Positions 53,101 to 64,000 of a DNA stretch of 64,000 nt are shown here, piece after piece. The notes below the pieces were generated by a model. It did no database searches. It was given only the letters and a program-made list of their open reading frames with translations, and had not been told where the DNA came from. The first letter of the stretch is position 1. Every line of letters starts with the position of its first letter. A program made the translations under genes and the position numbers. Origin of the DNA: Botryllus schlosseri (Eukaryota); contig CM119375.1 in assembly GCA_051294905.1 (NCBI GenBank), positions 12,090,001 through 12,154,000 on the forward strand, written 5' to 3'.

Positions 53101-55527
53101 GTAATTTAGGTATAAAATAAAGTTCTGAACATGATTCCGCAAAGTTGTCTATAGAGATGCAGTTGACCTTTAACAGTTTTACTGTGTACATACGCCACCC
53201 GGTGGCGTCATGAGTACAAGTGTTGAATACACGTGTTGCACACGCCTCTCACCAAGTCTTCATGTACCAGTACCTGTATATCGGTATAGGCTTACTTACG
53301 AGATAAAAGAATGCTCCTCCAACTGCAATCGCTACTATGATCACGACAATAACAATAGTGACAACTGTTGCAGTGTGTGAAGATGGACCGCCTTCTCCAT
53401 TCTCCATCCTGTCCACTGCGTCATTTACCCCTAAGAACCGGCAGGTGTTAGGTAAAGGCTTACTATGATGTATCAGACTACGCAATGTATTTATTGAACT
53501 CACTCTCTACCGCACGAATGTCATAGGGATTGAACTCTGTAGCATCGAAGAAATGATATGTATAATCCGTCTCAGGTATATCGCATGAAGTAGCTATCTC
53601 GCTCTGGCACACCTTCGCTTCCGAATAAGCTCTGCAATCAGAGTGACGTGTTAAAAGTGGGCGATTACGTATTAGACTGAACTATAATTACTACCGTATT
53701 AATAGTGTAGTTCTGACTGCGTCACTACTATCCTACTGAACAGGGATATATAGAACTCTACTGAAGCACGCCTCTCGTTCATACGTCCAAATTCTTGAAT
53801 TATAACAACACGATTTTATTGCAGAGCGAAAACGGCGTTTTTAGAACACCAATTTGCAAGTGTGAAATTTCAATCGTCACCGCGTGTCGCAAATTTCGTG
53901 CCATTTACCGCTCAATGTCGAATCACAATATAGCAGCAAGTCAAATGTATGTTACTATATAATTTGCTTACTTGGCAAGAGCTGTAGCGTTTGCTCCTGA
54001 ATTGCTGAACTCCCTGAGAAAAACCTGGGTGAAAGGTCGTTCGCAAGCTTCGTAATCCGAGGCTTCCTCGTCTTTGCAGTCTTCTTTAGTTACGTTCTCC
54101 ATGGCGGCTTCCATGCTGAAAAGAAGTCCTTCTTCGCAGAAGTGAGATTGCTTGCCAAATTCTCTGTCGAGAAATTCTATTACCTGACAAAAAATGCAAA
54201 CTGGTAACATTATGAAGTAACGATGTATCGAAATCCTATATGTTAGGGTTACCATATTTTGGAATCGGGAAAAGAGGAATTTATCCACTATATTGGCTAT
54301 TAAAGCTGTAAAGGAGGACGAATTGCCGAAAAAGAGGACATTTTGGCATCCTCGGAGGATATTTTCAAAAACCAGAAAAAGGAGGACAATTCCTCCTAAA
54401 GGAGGACGTATGGTAACCCTACTATGTACGCCAATATAATAGACTGTAACATAGTCATAGACGGTCTTTCATAACTTGAAACGATATACTCCATGAATTG
54501 ATGTATCAAGTCGAACCCAATCACACAATTTATCAGCATCGATTGCATTGTGGCGAGTCATCAAATTTAAAAGTACGTAAATTTACCCATTTCGAAGTGT
54601 AAGAAACTACAATATAGGCCTAAATACAATATTACCAACCAAAACTGAACTGTATTAGTTTTAATGACATTATGTGCGTAGTAGGACCGTAACAGCACTT
54701 CGTCAGCCTCCCCAAAACACTGGTCTTGGGCCCCCAAAGGCTGATAAACCAAACGTCGGGGCACCTATAGACCCCCCTCAGCGTCGTACGTTATCATAAC
54801 GATAGTTTTTTCGTCATCGGTGGTTAACGAACTGTTGTTGTATGTCTAATGGCGCCTTGTGCGAAAGGAAATCAAATGCATGGTTGAATTCGGTCACCGG
54901 AATTGGAATGGCATATATTACTACCGAATTTTTAACTACTTGCACACGTGCTCAAATTTACTGTTAGTGCTGACTTAATTGGTGTCTTTGAAAATTTAGG
55001 GCCCCATAGTTTATACTTATACATCTGCGGAAGTGCCCATCCATTTAGGCGCCAATGGACAAGGGAAAATTCGACTATTCATTATTCATCTACCATGCAC
55101 CAGGTCCACAGTAATTTATCTGCATTAGTTGACAGCAGTGGTTCTCTAACTGGGGGGCGCGCCCTCCTTGTGGGCGAGAAAGCATCTGAAGGGGGACGAA
55201 GCTGCGGTCAACTGGTATATTTTTTCGCGCTTCGCGCGATTTACCTCCCATTCATAGTTGTTGCTTTGTGTATAGTCTTAATTTCATGTTTGACAATTCT
55301 ATCATCAACAGTCATAACCTTCCATGCCATCAAACTATCCGTTGGTATTGCTAGCATTCTGGTTGCATTTTCTGATATGACGATAAGGGGGCGCGAAATT
55401 TTTCACTATCATAAGGGGGGGGGGGGCGGGTGTTCAAAAAAGTTTGAGAACCACTGGTTGACAGAGTAAAAACTCCCTCTTTTCCCCCTCTCTCTCCATC
55501 TCCCTCTCCCTCTCTCTTCCTCTCCCA

Positions 55528-55566
<39 letters not shown>

Positions 55567-55886
55567 CATATAGGTCTAGCTCTGTCTGCGTTCAGACTTA
55601 GAGCACCATGACCGAGGTGATGGAAGTAGGCTATCCATCAAAAAAGAGAGCATCAAAGATTTAAATTAAACATATACAAAAAATGAATGCATATCGGTAG
55701 TCTGACAGAACGAGTCTCGTGAGTTCACAAAACAGTACAATGTAATCGGACTAAATTATAGAACAAACTTTTAGTGTTAAGGCTGAGGTTGGAACACTTA
55801 CTTCCGCTTCTTTCTCCTCTTCGGTTGTAAAGCATTCATTGTGGATTTTTTCTTCGAAGCATTTGTGAGCGTTTTGATAAGCGGTT
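50142..55886 (-). CDS. Uncharacterised type I single-pass membrane protein with Cys-patterned helical repeats (5' end not located)
   Basis: Phase-compatible GT-AG exons: 55886-55802, 54183-53972, 53631-53504, 53430-53300, 50282-50142, giving about 230 aa. Acidic ectodomain with two AY..A..C-x7/8-C units, TM segment TVVTIVIVVIIVAIAVGGAFFYL, then tail HRRDIARADIRQEK...EMQPL...SPA*. The last-exon choice and the 53504 donor are the least certain parts. Confidence 0.7.
50563..53169 (+). mobile_element. Decayed Kolobok DNA transposon (THAP-transposase and KolX remnants)
   Basis: Perfect 16-bp TIRs AGGTCAACTGCATCTC / GAGATGCAGTTGACCT, with TTAA on both sides. Plus strand: THAP remnant (GRRYVAYGCYN...VSLHRF; CADHFQPSCF) and PWHTKDI. 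Minus strand: GILQKTTRKILPAHVVTAIRSK...FKGF and MCDC, resembling the P2X7-tail-like KolX protein. Confidence 0.85.
54244..54421. mobile_element. Short hAT-type MITE
   Basis: TAGGGTTACCATA...TATGGTAACCCTA with AGAGGAC/GGAGGAC subterminal motifs; TSD imperfect. Confidence 0.7.
55136..55456. mobile_element. hAT (Buster-type) MITE
   Basis: CAGTGGTTCTC...GAGAACCACTG with perfect TSD GTTGACAG (55128-55135, 55457-55464). The 173-aa ORF 54948-55469 runs through it and is spurious. Confidence 0.88.
55473..55566. repeat. Imperfect (CT)n microsatellite / polypyrimidine tract
   Basis: About 95 bp almost entirely C/T. Confidence 0.95.
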
Positions 55887-56010
55887 CTGAATAATAAAAA
55901 CATACGTTACACTTGGTGCAGGTATGCTACAAGGACTATTTTCAATTAATCAAGCGATAACACCCTTATTGGTAATACAGTCCTCCTCATTTCATCCGTT
56001 GAACTTGTGC

Positions 56011-59000
56011 GAGACGGACTTTCAGCATTCCCGTGGCCACTTACTGGCCACGGATAATTTCGTGGCCGGCCACAGATATTCCGTGGCCGGCCACGGAAGA
56101 TGCTATTCTGTGGCCGGCCATGGTGATTTTCGTGGCCGGCCATGAAATTTCCTTGGCCGGCCATGCCAAACTCATTCTCATGGCCGGCCATGACTAAATT
56201 TCATGGCCGGCCATGGCCAAATTTCATGGCCGGCTGCAATATATCAAGTTAGTATTGATGATAAGTAATGTACGTGGCCCAATCGTGGTCAAGTGCATGA
56301 TCATTTATGTTCTATTATGGGCGTACAGTAAATAGAACCAAGTGAGAGCGAGAGTTTAGCTCAGTTTATATGCATTTTCACCCGAAATACCAGAAGAATA
56401 TAGCGATACAATGAAACGATAGGAAGAAGATGAAACGATCTGGAATAGTCTCTATATATCAATTAGAAACACACAAAATGATGTAAAGAATGCTTTAAAA
56501 AGGGGGATATTCGCTAAATGAAACAGGAAATAATGGTATAGAAAGCTAGAAGCGGTGGTGAAGACATTATCGAAACTGGTAACTGCGGTAAGTGTTGATT
56601 TGTATATTTTTTATAGAAATAGACCTAAATATTCGGCTGACACTCGTCACAGCTAATCGTATGCAACTGCATAGAATTGGAAAAAAACAATGTATACCAG
56701 ATATCTGTCTGAAAATCTTTGTAAGTTCCCCAAAAGCTGTGAGATTCACATGACATTCTGTGGCCGGCCACAGAACAGATCAGAGCTCGCTGTGGCCGGT
56801 GCTTCCCCCGTTCTGATATTGATTTTCAATAGAAAGATGTGCAATGTGCATTGTGCAGTTGCAATCGATTGTATAGTTAGTTTTATTTTGCAAATATACA
56901 AACCTACGATTAAACAATATGATGGTGATAGTGTACTTCATTTTTCAACCATGTTTATCGTTTATGATAAGTCTGCGATGCGAAGTAATACATAGGCCTA
57001 TTTGATCATGTATACAAACTAGTTTAAGGATGTTGGGGCAGTTTAAAATCTTTCGTGGATTGCCCTGATGAATTTATGAATAATACACTACTGAACTGGA
57101 AATTTGTCTTAATGCACTCCAGATTTTTTCGATTTACGCTCAAGTAGACTCGACTATATACCTCCTTGAATACATAATCTATATGTTTCATCGAGATACT
57201 GGATCGGTCAATATGCGGTCATTTCACCTGTTTTCTTGTTTTCAATACTAAATACCGTAATAAAAGTACCCGAACGAATCAATTAGGGAATCAAAGAACC
57301 AAGAATATGTGGAAAATACTCTTTCAAGTTCCAGAAAAGCTGTGAAATCCATATAACATTCTGTGGCCGGCCACAGAGCAGCTCGCAGCTCACTGTGGCC
57401 GGTGCTTCCCCCTATCGAAAATGTCTTTCCAAGGACTTGTAGTTGCAAACAATTCCATAGTTTGTTATCTTTCGTATAGCTGAATAGCTGTGAATTGGAT
57501 AATGTCAGGCTGATACAACCCTTCCTTTCTGTATCATGTCTATGATGAGTCCGAGATATACGGTTATATACATATTTGATTATCGTACTGCTATACAATA
57601 GGCCTACATACGACGTTCGAGATCCTCAAAATCAATGGAGCTGCACTCATATTGTTGGACGATGAGAATTGTGTCGATGAATCTATGAATATTTCTATGC
57701 TGTAGCAGCACTTGAACTTGACACACTGCAGATGTGCTATATATGTAGAATAGAGGCAATGATGTAGCCTAACCTACTCCTAATATTGGTAAAATGTGGG
57801 GCTTTGTTCCCAGAAATTTGATTTTGGTCACGTTTCCGATCCCATATAATTTGTATGTATATCCACCTAGGTGCCGTTCTTCCAGGTTGAAACAAATATT
57901 GTACGAATGAGATGCATGTCGCAGTCACTAACGATGCCGTGTATGCCAAAGGATACTTATTGATTAGGCCTACTTGGGTGCAAGGATCGTTTTGTATCGC
58001 ATGTCGTTGTTAGATCAAGCTGCTAACCGATGTGGTGGGCATAGGACGTAAATGTGCCTGCTATATAATTAAAATACTGTTATAATAATAAATAACCCCA
58101 GATACTTTGCGACATCTAATGCAGCACCATCGATCGATGCGACATCAAATGCAGCGCCGTCGATCGATGAAAGAATGCTCATGCCAAGCCTGCGAATTGA
58201 CCAATAGGCATGATATATTTGTGGTTGATGCAGGGAACAATGGAATGTTTCCCCAATCAATGTTCAGGGAACAATCTTGATGACAAAGACAAGTCCCAAT
58301 CGTTCATTATAATTCGACATTTGAATGCAGTGCCAATACTTATCGCCGTGTAAAGTGCATCTGATCTCTCGTGCCCCTGGGTGTTTTCTGTGAAAAGCAT
58401 GTATTGGACACATTGCATTCAACTACTTGTATATGAATTGTGAATAATTGTAATCATATGTTCAATTGCTTCAGATTTTGTGAAATTGGTAACGGAATAA
58501 ACAAACTTTTTGTAGCAAAATATGACGGTTTCTTGACGTAGAAAAGGAAGGAGGGGCAGGGAGTCAGATTATCTACGTTTGCATCACTAATGGGCTTGGG
58601 CGATGGAGATGCGAAGAAACTGCAAGGCTATCGAGTCTGCACCACGGTTTTATCTTTCCACGCAATCCCATTGCGTTGATCGCCTGGCGTGGAAGCTGCG
58701 TGGGCACCAGTTTTAATGTAAAGACGTTTGTCTGACTGAGCAATAAGATGTACGCTCATACATTACTCTATCAAGTATTTATCTTGATTCTAAGAAGTTC
58801 AAGGAACATATGTTTCGGTGTTAGTTTACAACGCACCGCCCCAGAGTACTTTTTCAATAGTCAGTGGTAATTAAATTCATTTCTACAACAAACACAGAAG
58901 GTAAACACGTGTAAAGCCGTGCAAATTTTGAACCCATCTCTGAACTACTCAATAAAGTGGTAATGTACCTTGAGTACGTGCGATAATAGTGGAAGTCGTC

Positions 59001-59288
59001 TATACAAACCTTGACGCCAGCAAGTTGGTATTGCAAATGAAGAAGATCTACTCGAGTATTGTCAAATTGGATGCAAAGGGCGGATTTTCAGCCAACTAGA
59101 TGTGCCAAAATCACGAACTGGCCATGAACTCGTGGCCGGCCACGATGAATTCGTATGGCCGGTTATGAAATTCACTGTGGCCGGCCACGAGACAACGCAT
59201 TTTCATGGCCGGCCACGAGATATTCGTGGCCGGCCACAAAAAAATTTGTGGCCAGTAAGTGGCCACGGGAAAGCTGAGACCCCTACTG
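56011..59288. mobile_element. 3.3-kb non-autonomous hAT-like element with GGCCGGCC subterminal arrays
   Basis: Inverted ends TCAGC(A/T)TTCCCGTGGCCACTTACTGGCCAC with the outermost bases diverged. 8-bp TSD ACTTGTGC at 56003-56010 and 59289-59296. Confidence 0.75.
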
Positions 59289-60180
59289 ACTTGTGCCGTC
59301 ATGCTGGTAGGCTACGTTGAGGGAATTAAGCTGGTGATTTGCTGCCGGCCTTGCTTATGCTGAGTTGGTAAGGTCAGGCTACTGGCTATCCGGACTGTAT
59401 TGTTGATGTTGTTATGATGGACATAATTTCATTGTACAGCCAACTAGCGCTTTAAAAACAATGCAACAATTCAAGAGTCTACTCTGCACTCTGTCAAGGC
59501 AGCATATATTCATTCCTACTACATCGACATATCGTTTATTATTGTACCGCTCCAATACCATTCAAAATAATTGGTATAAGCATACTACCTTGTATAGAAC
59601 ATACACCTGCATTAGAAGGGATTTTGATAGTAATTATGGATGAAAATGCCGTATCCTCTTCATATGAGGATGTACATGACTCACCTAGTGAGGCAATGAC
59701 ATATTTGATTGATCAGCATGGCAAACCCAACATTTCTGTCGGAACAACCTTTCCTCGTGTATTTTTTCATACAGTGGGAATACTTTCATGGGAGTACGGA
59801 GCTGTATTGAAGTTCCTAATTGTTTTAACTATTTCATGTGATGAAGGGAAATTCGTTACATCGTTTGAGCCGGGAAGAAACGTTACTGTGCCGAACAGCT
59901 TATACACTCACAATTTTTTATCCAAAGGCTACATATACTGACGCTCGCCGATGGCATCAGGTACTTACTTAATAACCTCTTATATTCACATTAACGCTGA
60001 TGCCCGGACATTCCTTCTATAATGTTCATGCATTTGGTAATAATTAAATTTATTATTATTAGGTACAGTCGAATCGTGTAGAGACTGAATACTGCAGTGC
60101 AGTGTGCGTGCGTATTTTGCCTGTATCCTCATTGTTGCCGCCTGTTTTTTTTCTGTCTATACTATCGCTATACAATAAAC

Positions 60181-61031
60181 CAGTGGTTCTTAACCCTTTT
60201 TCTTCCAGCGCCCCTTTTCAGAAAATGTTGTGGTCTGGCGTCCCCCATAAGAACTGTACTAAGTACCATCGGTAAGAGGTCGAAGTCCGGTCGGTCTTTT
60301 CGGGTTGAGCCTTCACTTGGAAACATCCAATGACTACTGGACTAATTAACGGCACATGCACCATTCATATTTGTCGCCCCCTTTTATGTTATCTTTTCCT
60401 AAATCCAGTGTGCTAAGGTAGGTGTCTGAATAAAAGACTACTCCAAGTCGCTTCGGCACCCTCCTATCTTTTCATTATATCGCAATTTTGTGGTGTATTG
60501 ATTTGATAAAAAAATTAACAAAAGGATGAAGATTATAAAGAAATTTCGAGATTTGACAAATTCTGTCAACGTAAATTGTCAACGAGAACTCAGGGATGTA
60601 TGGAACTATTGTTCTACCGAGAGAGAGAGATATGATATTCTTTTTCGCCTGCACCATCGAGATGCTTCGACGACGGAGTTGCGATCCGGCCGTGAGGTCA
60701 TCTAGTCTGCGCCCCCGTTTTTCCTTCACCGTGCTATCCGTGATTGCTGAGCGCCTAGCTGGTATGAACCGCCCGGGGACCGAACCCACGGCCTACCGAT
60801 CGAGAAGCCGGACGCATAACCATTACACTATCTCGCTCGGTACTGTATAATCAATAACCATATGTCCCTATGAGAACAATTACAACATCTACTGCGACGC
60901 CATTTCTCTTCAGCGCCCCCGATATCGCCCTCTGAGGCCCCTCGTTGTCGCCCACTGAGTGTTTCCCCCTTCAAAATCCAAATCACCCGCTGGGGGGAGC
61001 TGGAGCCGAGGGTGAGAAATGAGAATCCCTG
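60181..61031. mobile_element. hAT-type MITE interrupted by a SINE
   Basis: Left end CAGTGGTTCTTAACC; degenerate right end GAGAATCCCTG; no matching TSD. Confidence 0.5.
60619..60841 (-). mobile_element. tRNA-derived SINE, second copy with an internal deletion
   Basis: Reverse complement of 4818-5081, including A/B boxes and the (TC)n tail; it lacks part of the segment after the B-box. Confidence 0.8.
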
Positions 61032-62537
61032 CAGTCAGACATAAACAACACAGTACAGACTAGTTGTGCGCTGGATCAGGATTACAGAACACGAATCCAT
61101 CAGGATTAAAAGATCTTTTTTGGTGCAAACGGGATCAAATCAGGATTTCGATTTTTCACCCTATACCTCCATCTGGTTCAGGACATAATTCTATTTTGAA
61201 GTAGGGTTTTCAAGTTTCTGTCACGTCAGACGTTGGCGATGTTGCAAAATCGCCAAATATAGCCTACTATCGCAGCCACGACGTGGAGCGCCAGCGTGTT
61301 CTATGCATCTTCATCCTAAACATTTTGTGCAGCGGTTTGTTACTAGCACAGGTACTGCAAGCTCAATAGGCGCAATTTTATCAATGAGGTCACTGTATAT
61401 GCTTTCATGAAGACTTTGCCAAGAATGTACATGTACATTACTCTGGTGCGTTGTTGTTATGCTCACGCTCAGTCACACGTTCATTGCGCAAGTATGCGAA
61501 CGCGTCCTTCTGTAATGATTATAATCACTCTACTTCGCAGCTATGCCCTAGTGAATTGCATTGTCGTGTTAATTTCAGAAATATTTCTCGAGCGATATAG
61601 TTTAATCTGCAGGCTACACATCTAGCTCCACCTGTTTATCCCTGCTAGTGCTACACCTACAATAGCCGTGGGCAGAATTTTCTTGGATACGGATATTGCA
61701 TGTAAAGTTTCGAAATCAGGATCAGCATTCCTACACTACATATTGCTGCAGGATCAGAATAAAACTGCTTTCCGCCTACATCTAATACGAACACGTTCGT
61801 TAACGCGGAGAGGGGTATGATCTTTTTAATATACATATGTACAATGTACATCCTGTCCCAGTTAACAGACAGTTTAGCTATATGCAATGCAGCATTGATT
61901 TGCTCATGCGTTTGTAACTTTGTATATCCGATTGATTAATTAATCTATCTTTCCAATCTCAAATGAATTTCGAATAGAGTAACTTCGTTATACATCGAAA
62001 GTTCGTCGGGACATGCATGGTAAACAACTAGGCCCATTTGGTAGAGTCAACTATAACAGGAATAACATGATAGCAAAGCTCAAAAGAGTTGTTGACTACA
62101 TACAGTTTGCCGACTCCGGAGTGTACAAATTCGAGGGTTCTCACTGAGCTCAACTCTCATTATTTGCGAGCCGCGTTCTATTTTGGTCACACTTGACCTG
62201 TTACGGAGTGCGTGACTTAGAAAGAAAAGAACGGATTGAAACAGCATTACAGGTTGATTGCATCTTCATTGATATTTTGTTATTACCATCATTTAGGTGG
62301 GATACGTAGATAGAATATATATACTCATTACTCAACTCACCCACAATTCGATAGCGGCTGCTCTGATTCTAACATTTCAAGCACGAACTTGGAATCGCAA
62401 TGTGCTTTCTCCAGATAGTACCATTGTGAAGAGCAACTTCCTATTCTCAATTCAGCCAGCGCCACAGCTAAACGAAAATCGAATGCAATTTTTTTCTGAT
62501 CGGGACGTGCAAACGGACAATTGATTTTACACTATCA

Positions 62538-63657
62538 TAGGCAGGGTTGCCATACCGTCCTTATTTCTAAGATTTGTCCTTATTTTGAAGAGCCACGTCT
62601 TAGAAAACTCAACTGTCCTTATTTCTAAGAAATGTCCTTGTTTTCGACTTGCGTCCTTATTTTGTCTTATTTTTAACAACTACAGAACTTCGATCATTTT
62701 CCTCTGGTATCTGTGTTGCAATATCTGCAATTGTGACATTGACCTGGAGGCCATATGAAAAACACCGCTATTTCAACTTATATTGATACCCCAAAACACA
62801 AGAAGTGTGTCAGCTGCTGCTGAGGATACCTAGGGCATTCCATGCTGACAAAAACCAGCAATCATTCCTCACCGACGATTCCACATCGCAAGGAGTTTGC
62901 TTCGGCCAGGACCAAGACTACAAGCTTTGTTACTGGAGATCTTGCTCCATACACTCAAAAATGATTTTGTCTGAACTTGGTGTAGCCTACAGCCTTTTCC
63001 CATATTGGTTGACGCCTCCAATCACAGCGAGGTGAAGAAGTTTGGTTTATCACCCTATGGGGGCCCAAGACCATCGTATTGCTGTTTATTTATTTTTTTT
63101 GGGGGGGGGGGTGACGAAGTGCTGTTTCGGCCCTGAGTAAAGGTAAACCTAGACCTGAGCGGTCGGGCTATTTTGGAAGCTGATTACGTTCAACATATTC
63201 GTAAACCCTAGAATAAATGCAAACGACACCCCCCCCCCCCCCCCGTTTGGAACCACTATCTTTGAATAAAGCATTTAAGCAGCCTTAACGATCTCTAAGA
63301 ATGTACCATATACCGTTCTCTTATAATTACATTACAATTACAATTAGGCTTATTCCAATAAATGAAGGTTGTTTTTATTTATCTTTTATTGCAGTTCTTG
63401 CGAGGGTGGTAGTCTCCATATTAAAATCAATAAATGTGATATTAAATCGCGCGCAATTCGAAGAAAAATATCATGCATCAGCATAAATACATTCCCCCAG
63501 AATATTGTTTTTATGCTGATTTACGGAAAAATTATGAGCCAACGTCCAGTCTTCAAAATTCTGGCATTTGACATATTTTAGAAATTCCTCCCGGACGCTA
63601 CTTTGAACAGTGAAATTCCGGACATGTCCGGGAAATTCCGGACGTATGGCAACCCTA
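62538..63657. mobile_element. Composite hAT element
   Basis: TAGGCAGGGTTGCCATAC...GTATGGCAACCCTA with perfect TSD CACTATCA (62530-62537, 63658-63665). The right 250 bp are homologous to 3679-3930. Confidence 0.75.
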
Positions 63658-64000
63658 CACTATCAGGAATATGAGAACAAAACAATGACGTCATCGCAGT
63701 CGAATAATTTCGTCGTGGTTTTGTGGTCGACAGAATGTTGTTTGGTGGCGTTTGAATCAATATGTATATGTATTAGGAATAAAGTATATACTTCCTACTT
63801 TTCCCGGTAGCCTACTTTTGTTCGGGTGCTATCATTTTCTGAGGTCTTAGGTCTTCCACTTTTAATTCTACAGTTCTGGAAGACACTGTTCTTTTACTTC
63901 TTAAACTTTTGTAGTAGAAAATATAGTTTTGGGTGAAATTTCTATCCCTCGTTTTATGAATAAAGTCATCATAACCTTGGTGAAAATAACACATAATATG

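Noticed and set aside
54948-55469. 173-aa ORF with a hydrophobic segment
   Set aside because: Runs through a MITE with a perfect TSD; not a gene.
56041-56240. Short regularly spaced repeats resembling a CRISPR array
   Set aside because: Repeats are only 8-12 bp with spacers of about 10 nt, they lie subterminally in a TIR/TSD element, no cas genes are present, and the DNA is eukaryotic.
57611-58190. Candidate upstream exons of the membrane-protein gene
   Set aside because: They fall within the 56011-59288 element, and one is part of its internal duplication.

Overview
Eukaryotic, intron-containing, repeat-rich genomic DNA with one 205-N assembly gap. It is probably from an invertebrate chordate such as an ascidian; that is an inference from the gene types and the many 59-73 nt introns. 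I assembled three spliced genes by hand from splice sites and reading frame. (1) A complete 20-exon ADAMTS6/10-type metalloprotease on the minus strand (16105->7474, about 1201 aa). (2) A two-coding-exon cerebellin-like C1q protein on the plus strand (43175-48449, 226 aa). (3) The 3' five exons of an unrecognised type I membrane protein with Cys-patterned helical repeats on the minus strand (55886->50142). A probable terminal exon of a fourth gene lies at 255-751. Much of the rest is transposon-derived: many hAT elements and MITEs with 8-bp TSDs, a decayed Kolobok element (TTAA TSD, THAP and KolX remnants), L1/Tx1 and L2/CR1-group LINE fragments, and a tRNA-derived SINE. About 27 kb between ADAMTS and the cerebellin-like gene has no recognisable gene. 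I found no CRISPR array, rRNA or intact tRNA. No database searches were run; family assignments rest on recalled motifs. I cannot support a wholly new system here. The best leads are the orphan membrane protein and the cerebellin-like gene.
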